The notes beneath the pieces were generated by a model that was not told where the DNA came from, did no database searches, and saw only the letters and a program-made list of their open reading frames with translations. Shown here piece by piece: positions 44,846-58,700 of a DNA stretch of 64,000 bases. The position numbers and the translations under genes were made by a program. How positions within the stretch are numbered: position 1 is the stretch's first letter; every line of letters begins with the position of its first letter. The stretch lies in assembly GCA_000708835.1 (NCBI GenBank), contig DF236957.1, positions 248,001 to 312,000 on the forward strand, written 5' to 3'. Source of the stretch: Klebsormidium nitens (Eukaryota; Plantae; Klebsormidiophyceae).

Positions 44846-47800
44846 ATGGACCTCGCAATGGAGGACGTGAAGGTGAATGAAGAACCAGGCAACGGGTTTG
44901 CGGCTGCGTCCTTTGCGAGGGGTGCAGAGGCAAGCACCAGTGGAATGGATGATGAAGATGACCCGATCGCCAGGGAGATTGACGTTTTTGTGAAGCCCCA
45001 GCTCGATGGGACAACTCAGGTGCGCCATTGAGCGGACGATTGTTCTTCGTTTACTTCTACTTGGGGACAAGAAATAACACTTGAGCTTGACAGTGGGACG
45101 GGTTTGAGGGCGCGAACATCTTGCCACCGTCACGGACATATTGGCAAGAAGATCTGGATACGAGAAGTGCACTCCATCAACCAGTCATCAATTGCTCAAC
45201 CGCAGATCATGTAGATTGCATTGCTTACCATCACGCATTTAAACCTTCCCCTGAATGCAGCTGGGGGTGACATGCACACAATGCTGTGTCACAGATTGCT
45301 CAGCGCCTTCGGCCTTCCTCTGGTGCTTGCCATCATCGGATATCTACTGAAACGTTGAAGATAGGCGGTGATTCTTTGAATCATTAGAAACGGTAGTGGA
45401 GCTTTACTGAGATTCTGAAGACTGTAACAGCCAATATACAAAGGCCACCACAAAGAGACAACATTAAAGGCATGGATTGCCAGCTACAATGAGCTCCCTC
45501 CAGCAAACCTTAGATTCAGAGGGAAGTGCTCCTTTGGATGACACTATCGCCCCGCTGCTTGAATGAAGCGCTGATGAGAGAGCTCTAGTCACCACTTGTT
45601 TGATAGTCAACGATGTTGCTTAGAGAAGGACACGACCAATGCTAACAACAGGTCCAATATGATGCATCATAAGTGAGATACCAAGAGGTCTTTAAAAGTT
45701 GCTTCAAGGATGAACAGTGTCAGAACATGAAAAGGTGCTACCCGCAACCAGTAAGGCTGCCCTGTTCCCCCTGTTCTTGCCTAAGTCACCCACTGCTTAC
45801 TCTATTCATTCACAATGCCCCCTCTTCAATCTCTCCAAAGCCCGATTCAGATTTAGGAGACTTAGGTGCGCTTGATTTCACTGATCGCAGACAACAGCTC
45901 GGACTTTGCCTGTCCACTCTCCATTGGCACTGTTTCGTCATCTGCACTTCACGGCTTGACACCACAATTATTTTTAATGCAGCTGTACCTGCTGCAATAC
46001 CCATTACGACCATTCTGGCGGCCATACAACCTTCAGGAGCGGTGTCAGGAGGTGAGAAACCTCACTGCACACGTATGCAATACGTTTTAAGTACAAGAAG
46101 TATACCAGGGTTGGCGTTCCAGTGCCCCATGGAAGACCCCTGATTGAGTTCGGATAGTCACCGTTTTTGGAGAGCACTTGAGATAACTCAATTGTGATTT
46201 GAAAAATGAAGCAGTGAATAACCTGAGGGCTGACTAAATTTAATTGATTGTGCTGATAGAGTGTACTAGGATCTGCTGTGTGGGTAGAGCACCCCGTATT
46301 TCGTGCTCAATGTCTGAGCTTTCGTGGTCCCCATGTCCGCACCGGTCTTGGGACGAGGTTGTTCTCTTGCAAAAGAAAGGGTGCATTCCAGGCTGACTGC
46401 TAGCAGCCTCACGTTGGTGGTCTGGTTCTGCACCAAGTTCTATCGACTTCGTGGTGTCTGAGTCGGAGAAGACGGCGTCTCGTGACCTGTCCTCGACAGC
46501 AGCCATCGACCAATTTCATAAATCTCATTGCAAAGGTAGCATGCCTTTCAAAACAATAAGTCACGGTTTCGTTTCCCTGGGTGCCAATTTCTTATCCAGG
46601 TGGACAGCGGATGCGGACGCGCTTGAAATGAAGGCCCTGGAATTAAGGTGGTGGATGCCGGAGTAACTTTAGAAGTTTATCACTTTGGCGTTTCAGATGC
46701 CTATTGTCCAGCTTCACAGTCAGGCGGAAACGATGACGTCATGTGTCTGTTTGCAGATAGAACATAGGTTTGAAACACTAATGGAGTTTGCGCTAACAGG
46801 TGCGGGTCAAGAGCCAGCAGGCCAAGGTGGAGGTCGACCTTGAGGTGGACGTACACAGCGACAACTACGACCAGAGTGCCTCCGAGGCGTTGCGGATCAA
46901 GAAGCAGGTCAGTTTGCGGAGTTCGAGATTGGTAAAAGCGCGTCATGGCCTCAAGTGAACAAAGAAAGGTTGAAGCGTGGGGCTTCAGGGAGTGTAACGA
47001 GACCTCTTGAACAGGCCTGCACTTGCCTTCGTAGGTGCCACAGGATATCCGAAAGACACAGCCCGCTCGTTTGTAGACAACTTTGGGAAGGATCAGGGGG
47101 GCCGTTTCAACGTCAAGAACGTCTGTTTCTCTGGAGAATTGAAGCAGCTTCAAGGACCTACAGTGGCAAGCCTGCTTTGTTCTGCTCCGTGTGATTGCTG
47201 TAATCTTGCGCACGAAGCGTTCGCTTCGTATACAACCACCACCGTTTGGTGGCCAAGCTGACTGAAGTGAACGAGAGGAAGGAGAACAGGGACCTCCGGC
47301 GACCTCCCTCGGAACTTTCTTATTCACATTCCCTTCGATAGATGGTCAAGATCAGGGGATCGAATCGACCTAGACTGTCGATCCTAGTTAGCAGGGGCCT
47401 CTTACGTACGCTTGGAAGTCCACGTTCTCCCTCCTACCGTTCTTACTTCATGTTATAGAGTCGCGGGTTTAGACCGCAAGTTGCTCGTTTTGGCGCCTGA
47501 TTGGGGACCCCCGACTGAAATCGTTCAGAGGGGAAGCGAGCTGCAGCGGTTTTTCAGTGCGTGCTATTGTTTTGCCGTTGCTTGCAGTGCTTGCTCTTAC
47601 ACCTACTCCAACGCTCAAAAATACTTTCTATTGAACCTGACGAGATGTTCTGTCCGTTCGGGGTCTTGCAGACGTTGTCTTCGACGCACATGGACCTGCA
47701 TGCAAACTATGCCATTGGTTTACTGAGAGGAAATCAGGTGACTTTCAATCTATGACGGTTACTTTGTTTCTCAAAAGCAAGTGGACAGGGAACAGCACGC

Positions 47801-50800
47801 TCTTGCAACACATTGACACACTCAACTCATTTTCAAAGCTGTTGGTGAGTTTGGAATATGCGGAGTTGCTCCATCTTTTAGTCCGGCTCGATTCTTGTTT
47901 GCAACAGCAGTCTCGACACTTAGAGATCTATTAATATCATGCATCCAGTAATTTCGCTGGGCTTTTCCTGTGAGACATGCCCGGCTTCAGGTTTCCTCTC
48001 GTTCACCGGATCTTTCTTACGTATCTTTCTCTCAAACCCGCCACCGTTCAGCTGAAGCTCGACATATTGACAGCCTCCAAATTTCATTCTCTCATCGTCG
48101 TTCTCGTGGTAGTGACGGTTTCTGTTCTGCTGTTGTCACTCCTGACTCTCCTCATGGCGATCTCCCTTGCCTTCAAAGATATTGCTTAAGCACAGCTCCC
48201 TTTGAGGCCGCTGCACGATTTCGTCCACCTCAAGCCCCCGCTCCGCTGTCTAGACGCAGCAGATTGCCTTTCACGAAAAGCGTCCACTACTCTCCCCAGA
48301 CCAAGTTTCTGCGTCTCCCTCAACTTGTCACGTCAACGTATGCCAATTCGCTTATCCGCAGCTCCACTTGAGCCGCGTCCATCTCAGGACCTCGCTGCGG
48401 TTTTGAAATGCGGCAAAGCGTTTCTAAAAACGAATCGTCCGCTACCCGTTCCAGAGACTAAGTCCTCGCCTCTTTTTTAGATTCGTCTTAACTCAAGCCA
48501 TCGCTTGTTTGCAGCTCCACCTGAGCCCGCTGCACGCCGCCGTCCAACTCAAGCCCTTGCTGCGGTATCTGAATAATCGATGGACTTCACATCATATATC
48601 TATCGACTCAGCTCTGCGCATATTCTCAGGTTCCTGATAACATACTTTTGCACCTTTTTAACAGCTCCATTTGAGCCCCCTGCACGCCGCCGTCCAGCTG
48701 AAGCCCTCGCTGCGGTATCTAGACGCGGCTGACGAGGCGCGCAAGAAAGAGGCGGCGGCCGATGCGGCTGCGGCAGAGGACGGGGACCGGATGGAGGAGG
48801 ACGAAGGGCAGCCGGATATGATGCCCGTGCAGGTGAGCTTTAACCGTTTCGAAGTCCTTCGATTGCTATATCTCCAGCTTATGGCGCAAGTGACTTCCAA
48901 CTATTGCGCAAGTGAGAGGCACCATTCTGGCCAGCCGGCGTTCTTCTTGGAAGCTTTCAAGAAGGCACGTGTTCCAGGTTGGCGTGCAAGATCTTTGTCG
49001 GTGAGTCTGCGGGTTCGTATCGACGGAAGCTGACGTGGCGCGTCTTCAAAGGATCGGAGGGTTGTCAGTTGAGAGTCCCACGATCTCAGGACGATCAAAT
49101 CACGAGATCAAACGTTCGGGACCGTCGAGGACGACATGTTTTTGGCTTGAAAGCCGCTAATCAGACCACAAATGCTGTAATTCCAGTTGCCCGGACCTGG
49201 CCAGGGTCGTGGCATGAAAATTTCAGGTATAGCAAGTTTTGGATCAAGTAGAAGGCCGGAAGCCGTCCAACTTCAGAGATTCAGTACGGTATGGGGCGAG
49301 AGACTTCCGAGTCTTTTCGGGACTCCGGAAGAAAAGCTCGACAACTATCCCCGACCCCAGACGTATTAGCGAATCTCGAGGTTCTGTATTTGAAAGGTTC
49401 GGCGGGTTGGAACTCCCGGACTGCTCGACTTTTCTGTATGGTTGCTTGCTCCGTACAGTGCTCTTGTTTCCGCCAGCAAGCTCTTCTTCGGATATAGCAG
49501 ATGCACGCCGTCCTGATCAACTTAGCGAGGGCAGACATCTGTTTCGGAGTACAGAGCACTGCTTACCTCCGCAGGGTTCTTCCTCATATGCCCGCAGTTC
49601 CCAATCTAAATTGGATCAGGCTCTTTTTGAGCAACGAATAGGCGCAGTCCTCTTTTTACCAGCCCCACAGACCAGCGCCAGACAATTTCAGAAAGCACGT
49701 AGGCGGTCCTTCCTGAAAGTGTAGCACGAGGCGATCATCACTGGCGTTGCGAAAGGTCTCACGTAATCCTTCCTTGACAACGCTATGCCTGTGCCATCTC
49801 GCTTGCACACGTCAGAAGTCTGAGGTTGTTCCCGCCCGTTCAGGTGCAAATCCGGCGGCGAGAAACGGAGCGTCAGGAGGAGAACCGGCTGTCGTCGTAC
49901 GCGTACTTGAAGCAGAAAGACGAGTCAGAGGTGAGTCCTGAGCTTGCCACGTGGCCTCGCTTGTGCTTTCCACGGGCAGCATGTCCTTTTTCTCTCTGAA
50001 GCAGACCAAGAGTTTGGCAGTACTTGCGGTGGAGCTTTCTCAGAAATCAAATGCCCATTGCTAATTGGATCAGACTGATCTTCATTCGTGTCCGTTGAGC
50101 TTCTACAATTTGCGATTGCCTCTCCGAGAGTTGGTGTAGCTCTTTCAATCCTCACGTCTCCACATCCTCGCCCTGGTGTCCAACGACCTTGCTATACGTC
50201 TCTTGGTTCCGGTTATGACAAAGCCAATCGTAAAGCTGTACCTTGAACGTCTCGACCTCCTTTCAAACTTCCTAAGAGAAGGTTTGGATACAAGACTACC
50301 CGTATCTTCAAATATCTGAGCCCAGAAATCCTTCGTTGGGAATTCATTTTAACTCAGAGTTGGGCCGCATGAGGAACAAGCTCTTACTCTAACCCTGAAA
50401 TGCTAACCCATATATTTACTTGCTCCATTGTTGTACCACCTAGTAACCACAGACTAATCCCACCCGTCCCAGGTTGGCGATGCTACTGCTCCTAATTGCT
50501 TGTTTTTGATATTGAGGTATTAAGTAAGAAACCAAAACCTCTAGTCTTTTTATGTGTCCAGGAGTGGGTTCCCCTGCGGCCGTACCTTGCAACAAGTGTG
50601 GAGGCCCACCGTGTCCGAGACAAGATGCTCGCCTCCAGCGACCAGCGAATAACATTCGACCAGCCGCCGTAAGTCTCCTTTTTGCCAGAATAGCAGACAC
50701 GCTGAAAAACGAGTCCTGCTTGTTTTTCTTGACCCTGACTGCTCTTACAGACCGGATACGACAACCTCTCGGTGGCCACACAGGACGCTCTTCTTGTGAC

Positions 50801-53800
50801 TCGTTTCCTGGTTTGCAAGGCGCACCCCGCAACTTTTTGTGTACTCATCTGACGGTTTGGAGGGCGAGGTTTGGACCACAGGCGAGCTCCTTAGCTCTCA
50901 GAGTTGACTGAGCAAACTGACTTCCTACGGGGCTCGGATCTGTCAATCAGTAATTTCGCCCATCTTGAACGCACCAAATGAGCCGGTAGAGCTTACGGGG
51001 GTACGACTTTCGAAAAGCGGCCGATTTGGACGCGACTTTTGCCAGTTGCGGTGGCGCGATTGACTTCCAGGCTACTTTTGTCGCACATCATGACCGTCAT
51101 CTAGTCCCTAATGGTGTTGGTCAAAGCGGCCCAGATGGGGTCCATCTTCCCCGGCGAAGGAACTCTACGTGCGGGCGCTTTTCTCTGATTTTCTCATCGG
51201 ACGCTTCCAACTCTGGCAGGGAGAAGTACATTGCTGACGTCACCCCTGGGCGGTCGCTGGCGGCGCCGGCGTCATACCATCCCGAGGACGGCCTGGAGAC
51301 CGACGAGCTGTCGAGAAGGTGCGATAACAAACCCTGTCTCTCCTGACTAACTAACTAACCAACTGACTATCTAAATAACTAATTATTTTAGCATCCCAAG
51401 AGTTTTTTGGTGTATTGTCCAGCTTCTCGTCATCGCCTGTTCGCGTCCCCAATTTTTCTTTCGGTTGAAAGCCCCGAAAATACGGATCGCTCGTGAGATC
51501 TCTTTCTGAAGTGTGCATGAACTCCTCAATTACGAAGTTTCTGCGTATACGGGACATGCACGTCTCACAACGAAGCATCCTACCATTACTGGCACTCATT
51601 GTCGATCAGAATGTACGTAAGATGCAGCAGCACTTGATATATGTGCCGCAGAACGGTAAACATTTCTTCCATTCCTGCTCTTTCCACTGACTTTTACTCT
51701 TCGATTTGCAGTCAGCTGGAGGCGCTGAATCTGAGCGACCGATTCAAGCTGCTGTTGACAAAGGTAAGAACACATGCATGCCCGCATCCGGACTCGTTCA
51801 CGGTTGAGTATCCAACCCTATCAGGATTCCGAAGGAGCCGGTAAAATCCCGAGCCGCCGTTACATTCTGCGTAATTTCTCTGGCTGTCGCGTGAGCTCGA
51901 CCGCTTGCCTGGTCAACCAAGGCTCCTGTTAAGCAAGCCTTCCCACCTGATAATGCTGGTAACCCCCGGGTTTCTGCAGATTACAAAATCTCGACCGCTC
52001 CTTCTCTCTTCCGCAGGGCGCGATTCAGGTGCTCCAGTTCGACCGCCTGCTGAAGCTCGCGCCCTCGGACTCGACGGAGGCGGAGGTGCTCACAGTGCTC
52101 AAGAACCACGCCATGCTCGTGCAGGGCTGCTGGGTGCGTGTTAAAACCAATGGTCATCCTTCTACTATCTCGCGAACCTCAAATGGTCATCCTTCTACTA
52201 TCCTGCGTACCTCAAATGGTCATCCTTCTACTATCCTGCGTACCTCAAATGGTCATCCTTCTATTCTTCTGTGTTACCTCCGAGCGTCGGGGGCCGTCGG
52301 ATTTGATCAGGTCATTGGCTGCGTCCGGTTACGGAGGCTCTGAGAACTGCGTCCGTTCAGGTTGCCGGCTGCGCCCCGACCCTGGAGTGCTGTCCTCGCT
52401 TAGAATTTTGTCTTCCAGATTAACGTAGATCGAACGGTCTCTTCCAGATGAAACGAAGATCGAACGGTCGGAATCCCAAGGGGTTTGTTACTTTTAGCTT
52501 TTCTAATCCTTCTTTTCAGGTCGTGCAAACCCCTTTGGCGGGGCCTCCTATAGACTTGTCCATCATTTGATTCTTACACTTGTATCCTTACCAAGTTCGA
52601 TCCTCCTGTTTTCGAATCTCAACTTTCCTCACTCTTTCGCGGTGCGTCCTTCAGGTGGCGGGCAGTCATTTGCGCTACAAGAACATCCCCGTGGTGAGCG
52701 GCCAGCAGGCGGTCGAGAAGAACGCGCTGTCCCTGGTTCGGGACTTCTTCCTCCTGCTCTTTACCAAACAGTAAGGTCCCAGCTGACAGTACGGCATTTG
52801 TGTGCCCGTTTTATATGGATGTCCGGTCTCGAAGCTGATGACGAGGTTGGAAGGGGGGCATCTCTGTTGTTTCTTTGTCGCAGTAAGCGTAGGCCATGCA
52901 TGGACAAAGCTGCTTACACGGTGCGAAGACCCTCACAATTAAGTCGTCCGAAACCGAAACCGTTAGATTTGTGACGCCGCCGGAGATTGCGGCTGACCCC
53001 GACGCCCACCTCAAGTGGACGGGGAGAATTGACCAGAGAAGTTAACGTTTCTTACATAGTCTCGTGGCTAGCGACCTGGATAATCCGTGTTTCGGCGTTG
53101 AGAGCGCAGGATACGTTTTTGCGTGCATAGCAAAACCTGGCACTCTGTGGATTGCTTAAGGTCGAATGAGCAGTTACGTGCAGACTGGCCTCACTCTCAG
53201 GGCTTTCATAGCCCGCAGTAATAAGTGATTGCTGCCCCTGTTGTTCTTGGCAGTCGTTTCATCAAGCGGGACGAAATCGACAGCCTGCGCATTCCAAAGG
53301 TGAGAAGATGGAAGAAATGTTGATTTGGGCGTCGCTTCCTTTCCAGAATGGGTTAATTGAAGTATGGCGGGCAGACTTCTCGTTCGTTTTTTCCAGATGG
53401 AAAGGCGGCGTCTTTATTGCAGCGCGTGTTTCTTCCTTGGACTCTACCGAGAGGTATCGACCCGCGATAAGAGATCATGTGCACATGGCTTGCAGTGCTG
53501 ATGTCAGCACGTTGACCTTTTCTTTACGGAGGGTGAGGAAATGCTGCGGTCTGATCGGCGAGGCCTGTTTCCTGCGCAGAGCATGGTGAAAGAAATCATG
53601 GCCGGTATCGCCACGCAAAGGATGTCACCTCCAGGATGGGACTTCATCGAACCTACGGACCGCATCTTCATGAAGGTGCGTCCACCTACCTGGAAACCTT
53701 GACCTGGCTCTTTTTACAGAATGACTGGAAGGAACGGCCGTGCTCCCCAATCCTCCGAAATATTGAAAACATTCTTGACCCTGGCTTCAGAAGTTTTGGG

Positions 53801-55744
53801 CACAGGACCCTAACGTCTGCAGCCAAGTGTATGCGCTTGGCATGTGCTCGTACCTCTTTCAAAGTATGCCTTCCGTGCGCTTTGTTGGAACACAATGTCT
53901 CTTAAGTTGCCCAAAAGTCGCCGGTTTGCGTAGCTCTCCGCTCGAGGACTACGCAAACGGCTTTAAAACCAGGGCGTTTTCTCTTCTTACGCATTAAGTA
54001 CATCACGTGCGATTTGGAACGCGTCTTGCCGAAAGCTTCAACACATCCGCTTCCGCTTCTTACACGGTGCTCTTTGGCCTAGCAAAGCAAGTTTTGTTTT
54101 ACCAATAAAGAGCCATCTGCCTCCTGAAGATACCATAGTGCTTCTTAACCGTCCGCTAAGCCCAGCTTGTGCCACTTCGATCTTCTGGTTGCCATGTTAA
54201 GTGACAGCACGGGCACGACGTCGTCTCTGGCTACAGAACCCAAAAAGTCGTTCCCTTCTTGCTTACAAAGAAGCACGTGAAAAAGTGGTGGATGGCCAAG
54301 CGGAGCAATGGGGCGTAGGAGTCGCATATTTCTTTCACGTTCTCGCCGTCCTTTAGAAGGAGTATTACGAAGTATGGAGCCGTCGAAACTAGATATCCGA
54401 AGACGAGATTCGTTAAATCCTGCAGAAACACAAGGAGGTGGTGGAGGACCAGGTGAAGCGGTGGGCGACCGCCGAGGAAGTCATCCGCACCATGGTCGCC
54501 GAGCTCGACCTCCCTGACGTCACCGTCCCGGAAGACAACGTCAGCTCGCCCGGGCCGCGCGCGCTCGCGCTCCTCCCGGCGCCCAAGCACGAGCACGAGG
54601 CCAACTACGGGTTAGGCGCTAACCCGCGCGAGTTGGACGGGCCGGAAACCAAGGTCGCGCACAAGGGGACCATGTCGCAGCAAACCAGGGTTAACTTGAT
54701 CCAGGTTTTGCGGGACATCTTCGGGAAGCACGGGGTGTGCAGCCTAGAGTTTTTGCGCAGCTGTTTGGTGGAGGTCGCGAAGGGGGGGGGCGTGCCGGGG
54801 AAGAAGCTGAGCGAGGGGGAGAAGCAAAGGGTGGCGGCCGCGGGACAGGCCGTGGCTGCGCCCCCACAGGAATTGGTAAGACAGTGCTGCAAATCGCGAA
54901 GGACAATGATTGAACCAAAGAAACGTTTTATCAGCAGTTCTCACGTGACAGAAAAAGGTGCCTTGGTCTTTGTTGGATCGCGAACGATGTCAACTTTTGA
55001 ACCCCCTTTCCAGTTAGAGGAGGTCAGAGCGCTTACCTAAATTACAAACCCCATGGCCTCGATGTCCGCTCCTGCCCCTGATCCAGAGGATTCTCTCAAC
55101 CCGCTGTTGGCAGTGTGTGCACACAGTAAAGTTGCTTTTTTTCAGCAGCCTCATTTTGTTGGTTAGTCTTTTTTAATTGGCAACGACGACGACGTCTTTT
55201 TGCTTCTTTTCTGAGTTCTAGCTTTCTGGAGCACTTCTCGAAGCAACAGTTGTTTCGCTTCTGACGAGTCGTCGGTCTCTTTGGAGCAGCATGGATATGC
55301 ATTCTCGCATTGCAAGGTGGCCTTTTCGGGCGACCAATCTTTTCGCCAGCGAGGTCTTTGGTCCCCAAACGAAAAGTCAGAAGGCGTCTTCCAATCGAAG
55401 AGCACATCAGCGGTGAGGAAAGGCGACTATCACACATAGTATTTGAAGCCCGTCTGTGTTGCTCCCCCGCTTTCCCGCAGGCGCTTGTCGTGGGCCTCGT
55501 GGCACGCCAGATCCAGGGCGTCTACGTGCTGACGTCACTGGGCAAGGCCGAGGTGGACCCCTTCCGGAATGTCGTCATCCAAGCGCTGATCGCCCGTCCG
55601 ACGCTGCGCAAGGGCGACGTGCTCGAGGCAGCGAAGCTCGCGCTGAAGTGCGACGTTCCGCAAACGGTGTACACTCGTGTGCTCAAAGAGCTGTGCATGT
55701 CCCGAGGGGGAGTGTGGGTGCTGCGCCCGGGGGACGGAACGTAG
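44846..55744 (+). CDS. RPC5: DNA-directed RNA polymerase III subunit RPC5 (Sin-like), 15 coding exons, 672 aa
   Basis: join(44846..45019,45983..46051,46800..46907,47672..47737,48665..48832,49844..49930,50562..50668,51220..51318,51712..51763,52017..52133,52655..52770,53254..53299,53580..53675,54426..54875,55481..55744). All introns are GT-AG with consistent phases (2019 nt total). RPC5 motifs: EDDPIAREIDVF, LYLLQYPLRP, YAIGLLRG, LHLSPLHAAVQLKPSLRYLD, LVQGCWV, RDFFLLLF, C-terminal ELCMSRGGVWVLRPGDG. Confidence 0.93.
48196..48572 (+). repeat. Three partial duplicates of the 5' half of RPC5 exon 5 in intron 4, each with its own CAG acceptor
   Basis: Copies at 48196-~48265 (LPLRPLHDFVHLKPPLRCLDAAD), 48362-~48415 (internal deletion) and 48515-~48572 (LHLSPLHAAVQLKPLLRYL), compared with the true exon at 48665. 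Confidence 0.85.
52149..52264. repeat. 33-bp intronic minisatellite (AATGGTCATCCTTCTACTATCCTGCGTACCTCA) x~3.5
   Basis: Direct reading; lies in RPC5 intron 10. Confidence 0.9.
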
Positions 55745-58700
55745 GCAGAGCAGGGTGCTCGAGTCGCACTTTTGGGGGGGTTTCCATGATATCCTGTTTT
55801 TGGAGGATTGGTTGCTGGTATCGTCCTTGAACCAAGGGCTGTTAATCTTGCGTGGGCTATGCTGATTGGTGGAGGAGGACGCAGAGATGCTCAGGAAGTC
55901 TCGTTTATGATCAATAAGCAGACTGATTTGAAAGTGACTTGACGGAAAACACGCTATAGCTTGCTCACTTCTTTGTACAAATATGCGGAATCTGCGCCCA
56001 CAATCTGGAAGCATGCATGCGGTGGCACACGTAGCTCCTAAGCTGCGTGCGGTGCAGACAGTCATGCATATTTTTGATCGGACTCAATTTGAACTTATAT
56101 GTTGACAGCACTTAATGTGAGGGTTGCGTCTGTCTCCAAATTTTTACATGTAGTATAGCTACGGTATTGCATAGTGACTTAAGCTTCATGGTAGCCACGA
56201 GCCTGAAGATCATGCGATTAGTAGATTCGACCAGTGCACCGAACTTGGATCATTCTATGGCGTATTTCGCTACGGCGAGGATGACCCACAAGAGACCATT
56301 ATCCGTGCATTGCCCAAACACATGGCCTGGAACATGTGAAGGGGGCCCAATTTAATCAAAAGCACGCACGCCGGATCGTGCATGACTTATCTGTATTTAG
56401 AACCGCGTGATGTTGAAAGCAAACCTCTCTGTCCAAAATCAATCACTCCTCGGGTATGTGTGTGTCATGTAGAGCCAAGCCGATGGCCGTTGCAATGATG
56501 TGGCTTTGACGTGCTTCAGTAGTGTGAAAAGGCAAACCAACACACTATCCACGTGACTGGTGGCGGCATGCAGTGGCTTTCTTCACCTGTCCATGCAGTC
56601 TCGTGCCAATGAGCTAGCTCGAGCCGATTTTTGGAAAAGTACCGACACTCGCTTTCTGGCTTTGACTGGCAGGCAACAAACGTATCACATTTTCTCTTTT
56701 TGAACGGCATGCATCGAACATAATCACACTGAAGAAGACGAAAGTCAGAACGACTCAGCGTTGGTGGAAATCTCCCTTGCAACCTGGAAAACGCGGAAGG
56801 AAGAGCTTTCAGTAGGCTAGAAAGCTCGCGGCGAAATCGAAATATCACACTGACCAAAGTCACGACAAAATCAGTACAGAGCAAGCAATAGCGAGGGAAA
56901 GGATGTTCGGCAAGCTCTTAATTCTGACCGAAAACGCTGACGAGGCTTACGCTTCGAGTACGCTCCGCAATCCTTGTTCGCTCTCAAATACAAAATCAGC
57001 AAGCTCTCCATCCATACCAGACGGCCGGAAAAAAGTGAGAGAAGAGAAAAGACCATAACAATTGATAATTGCTCGTTATGCGGCGACGTCCTTCAGGATT
57101 CTGGAACCTTACCCTTAGCCCCAGCTCGACGTATCGTCTTGACTCAACGTCTTCGTGCGCCCCTGACATCGATGGCAGTGTCAGCATGGTTTTGATAACC
57201 GCAGGTACTTCCCGCTCCCGTCCCCTTCCCTAAAAGAAGAAATGAACAATTTGGCCCGATGACATTTCGGCCAAGAAGTGGGTTGTCGCGCGGCTTTCGG
57301 CTGAAATGTCTTCAAAGAGTGACTTGAAAAGCACAGTTTTCCCTTGGTCAAGAAAACCCGAGAGGTCCGGACGCGCCGCTCGGCGTGCTCAAACTGGCCT
57401 TTTGTCCGATATTCCCTTTTTGCGTGCGAAAGAAACCAGCTGTGGGCAGCCGGAACGGCAAGAGCAGGACCTTGTGTGCAATGGACGTTGCTTCCTTACG
57501 TGGCAGATCGCCTTGGTTTCGTAGAAGGAACCGTGGAAGGCAGTCCAAAATATCGACTCGGGATTGGCTAATCCAGCGAACCAAAAGGCGTCGCCTTGGC
57601 CCTTTTATCACATCAAAAAACCTGCCGGACAATCTGGGCTTTCCTGAGATAGATACGAGCGACTGAAAAGCATTCGAGTTTTTGCGTCCCTTGAGCACGC
57701 AAACGAATCTCCACTTGCGACACCAGTACTCAGATGAGGACTCCAAAGACTCTCGAAGCGGAAGGCCGAACGGACTGCATTCCTCGCAAGCTCACGCTTC
57801 TCATTTCAATCTTTGACGTCTTTTGGCTTTGATCCCGCTCCCGTTTGGGCCCTTCAAACGCTCAAGCTGCAGTCATTCCCGATTTCCGGAGAACCTTTTC
57901 GAAGTTCTTCGTTCCATTTTCCGCAAGGTGTCGAGCAGCTGAGCGGCTTTAAAACCTCAAACCCAATTGATTCCTTACCATCAAAGATCCAAACTGGAAA
58001 CCGGAGGCAACCTGACATTACTCGTAACTCTGACAACTGAATCCACCAATATGGACTTTCAATTTCATGCAGGAAGTCAAGTCGGCCGCTCACCATCTCG
58101 ACAAGATTGAGCGCTAACACCGCGTAAGCCTCCGGCCGCGTGCCGTCTAGCTCAACTGCTCGCCGCAGGTACCTGGAAGAAGAGGTCCCAGCTCAGATCC
58201 GTTTCGACAGGTGGCGATTTGGCAGCCCGACTTTCAATGTCGACGGATACGCTGACGATCGCCCTGTAAATCGTTGACGTTCACCGTTGTTCAAACTGGG
58301 TCCGAGACAGATGTGACTAAGAAAGCCGTGCCGAGCCTCAGGACTCCGCAGATGCTCGATCCGGGCCTTGCTCAAGGCTGTCAGTTTCGAACGCAAGGAA
58401 AGTTGTCGAATTGACTTGACGCGACTATGGCAGTCACAAGCGAATCAGAAATCTTCGCACCTTGAACTAGACGAGGGCATGCTTTCTGCCTAACTTTCAA
58501 CCATAAGAAAGTTGACCAGAGCTTCGCACACGCTCAGGAATGAATCAACGGTGCTTGTAAACAAGAAGCGCAATCGAATCTTGCTATGAGCAAGAGATGA
58601 AAAAAATATGAGATCGAGAGGTGAGGAGAACCGACCGTTCCGCATCTTCGAGAAGGCACTTTCGCCCCGCACGGCCCCGCAGCTGCCCCGTCGGCGCAGC

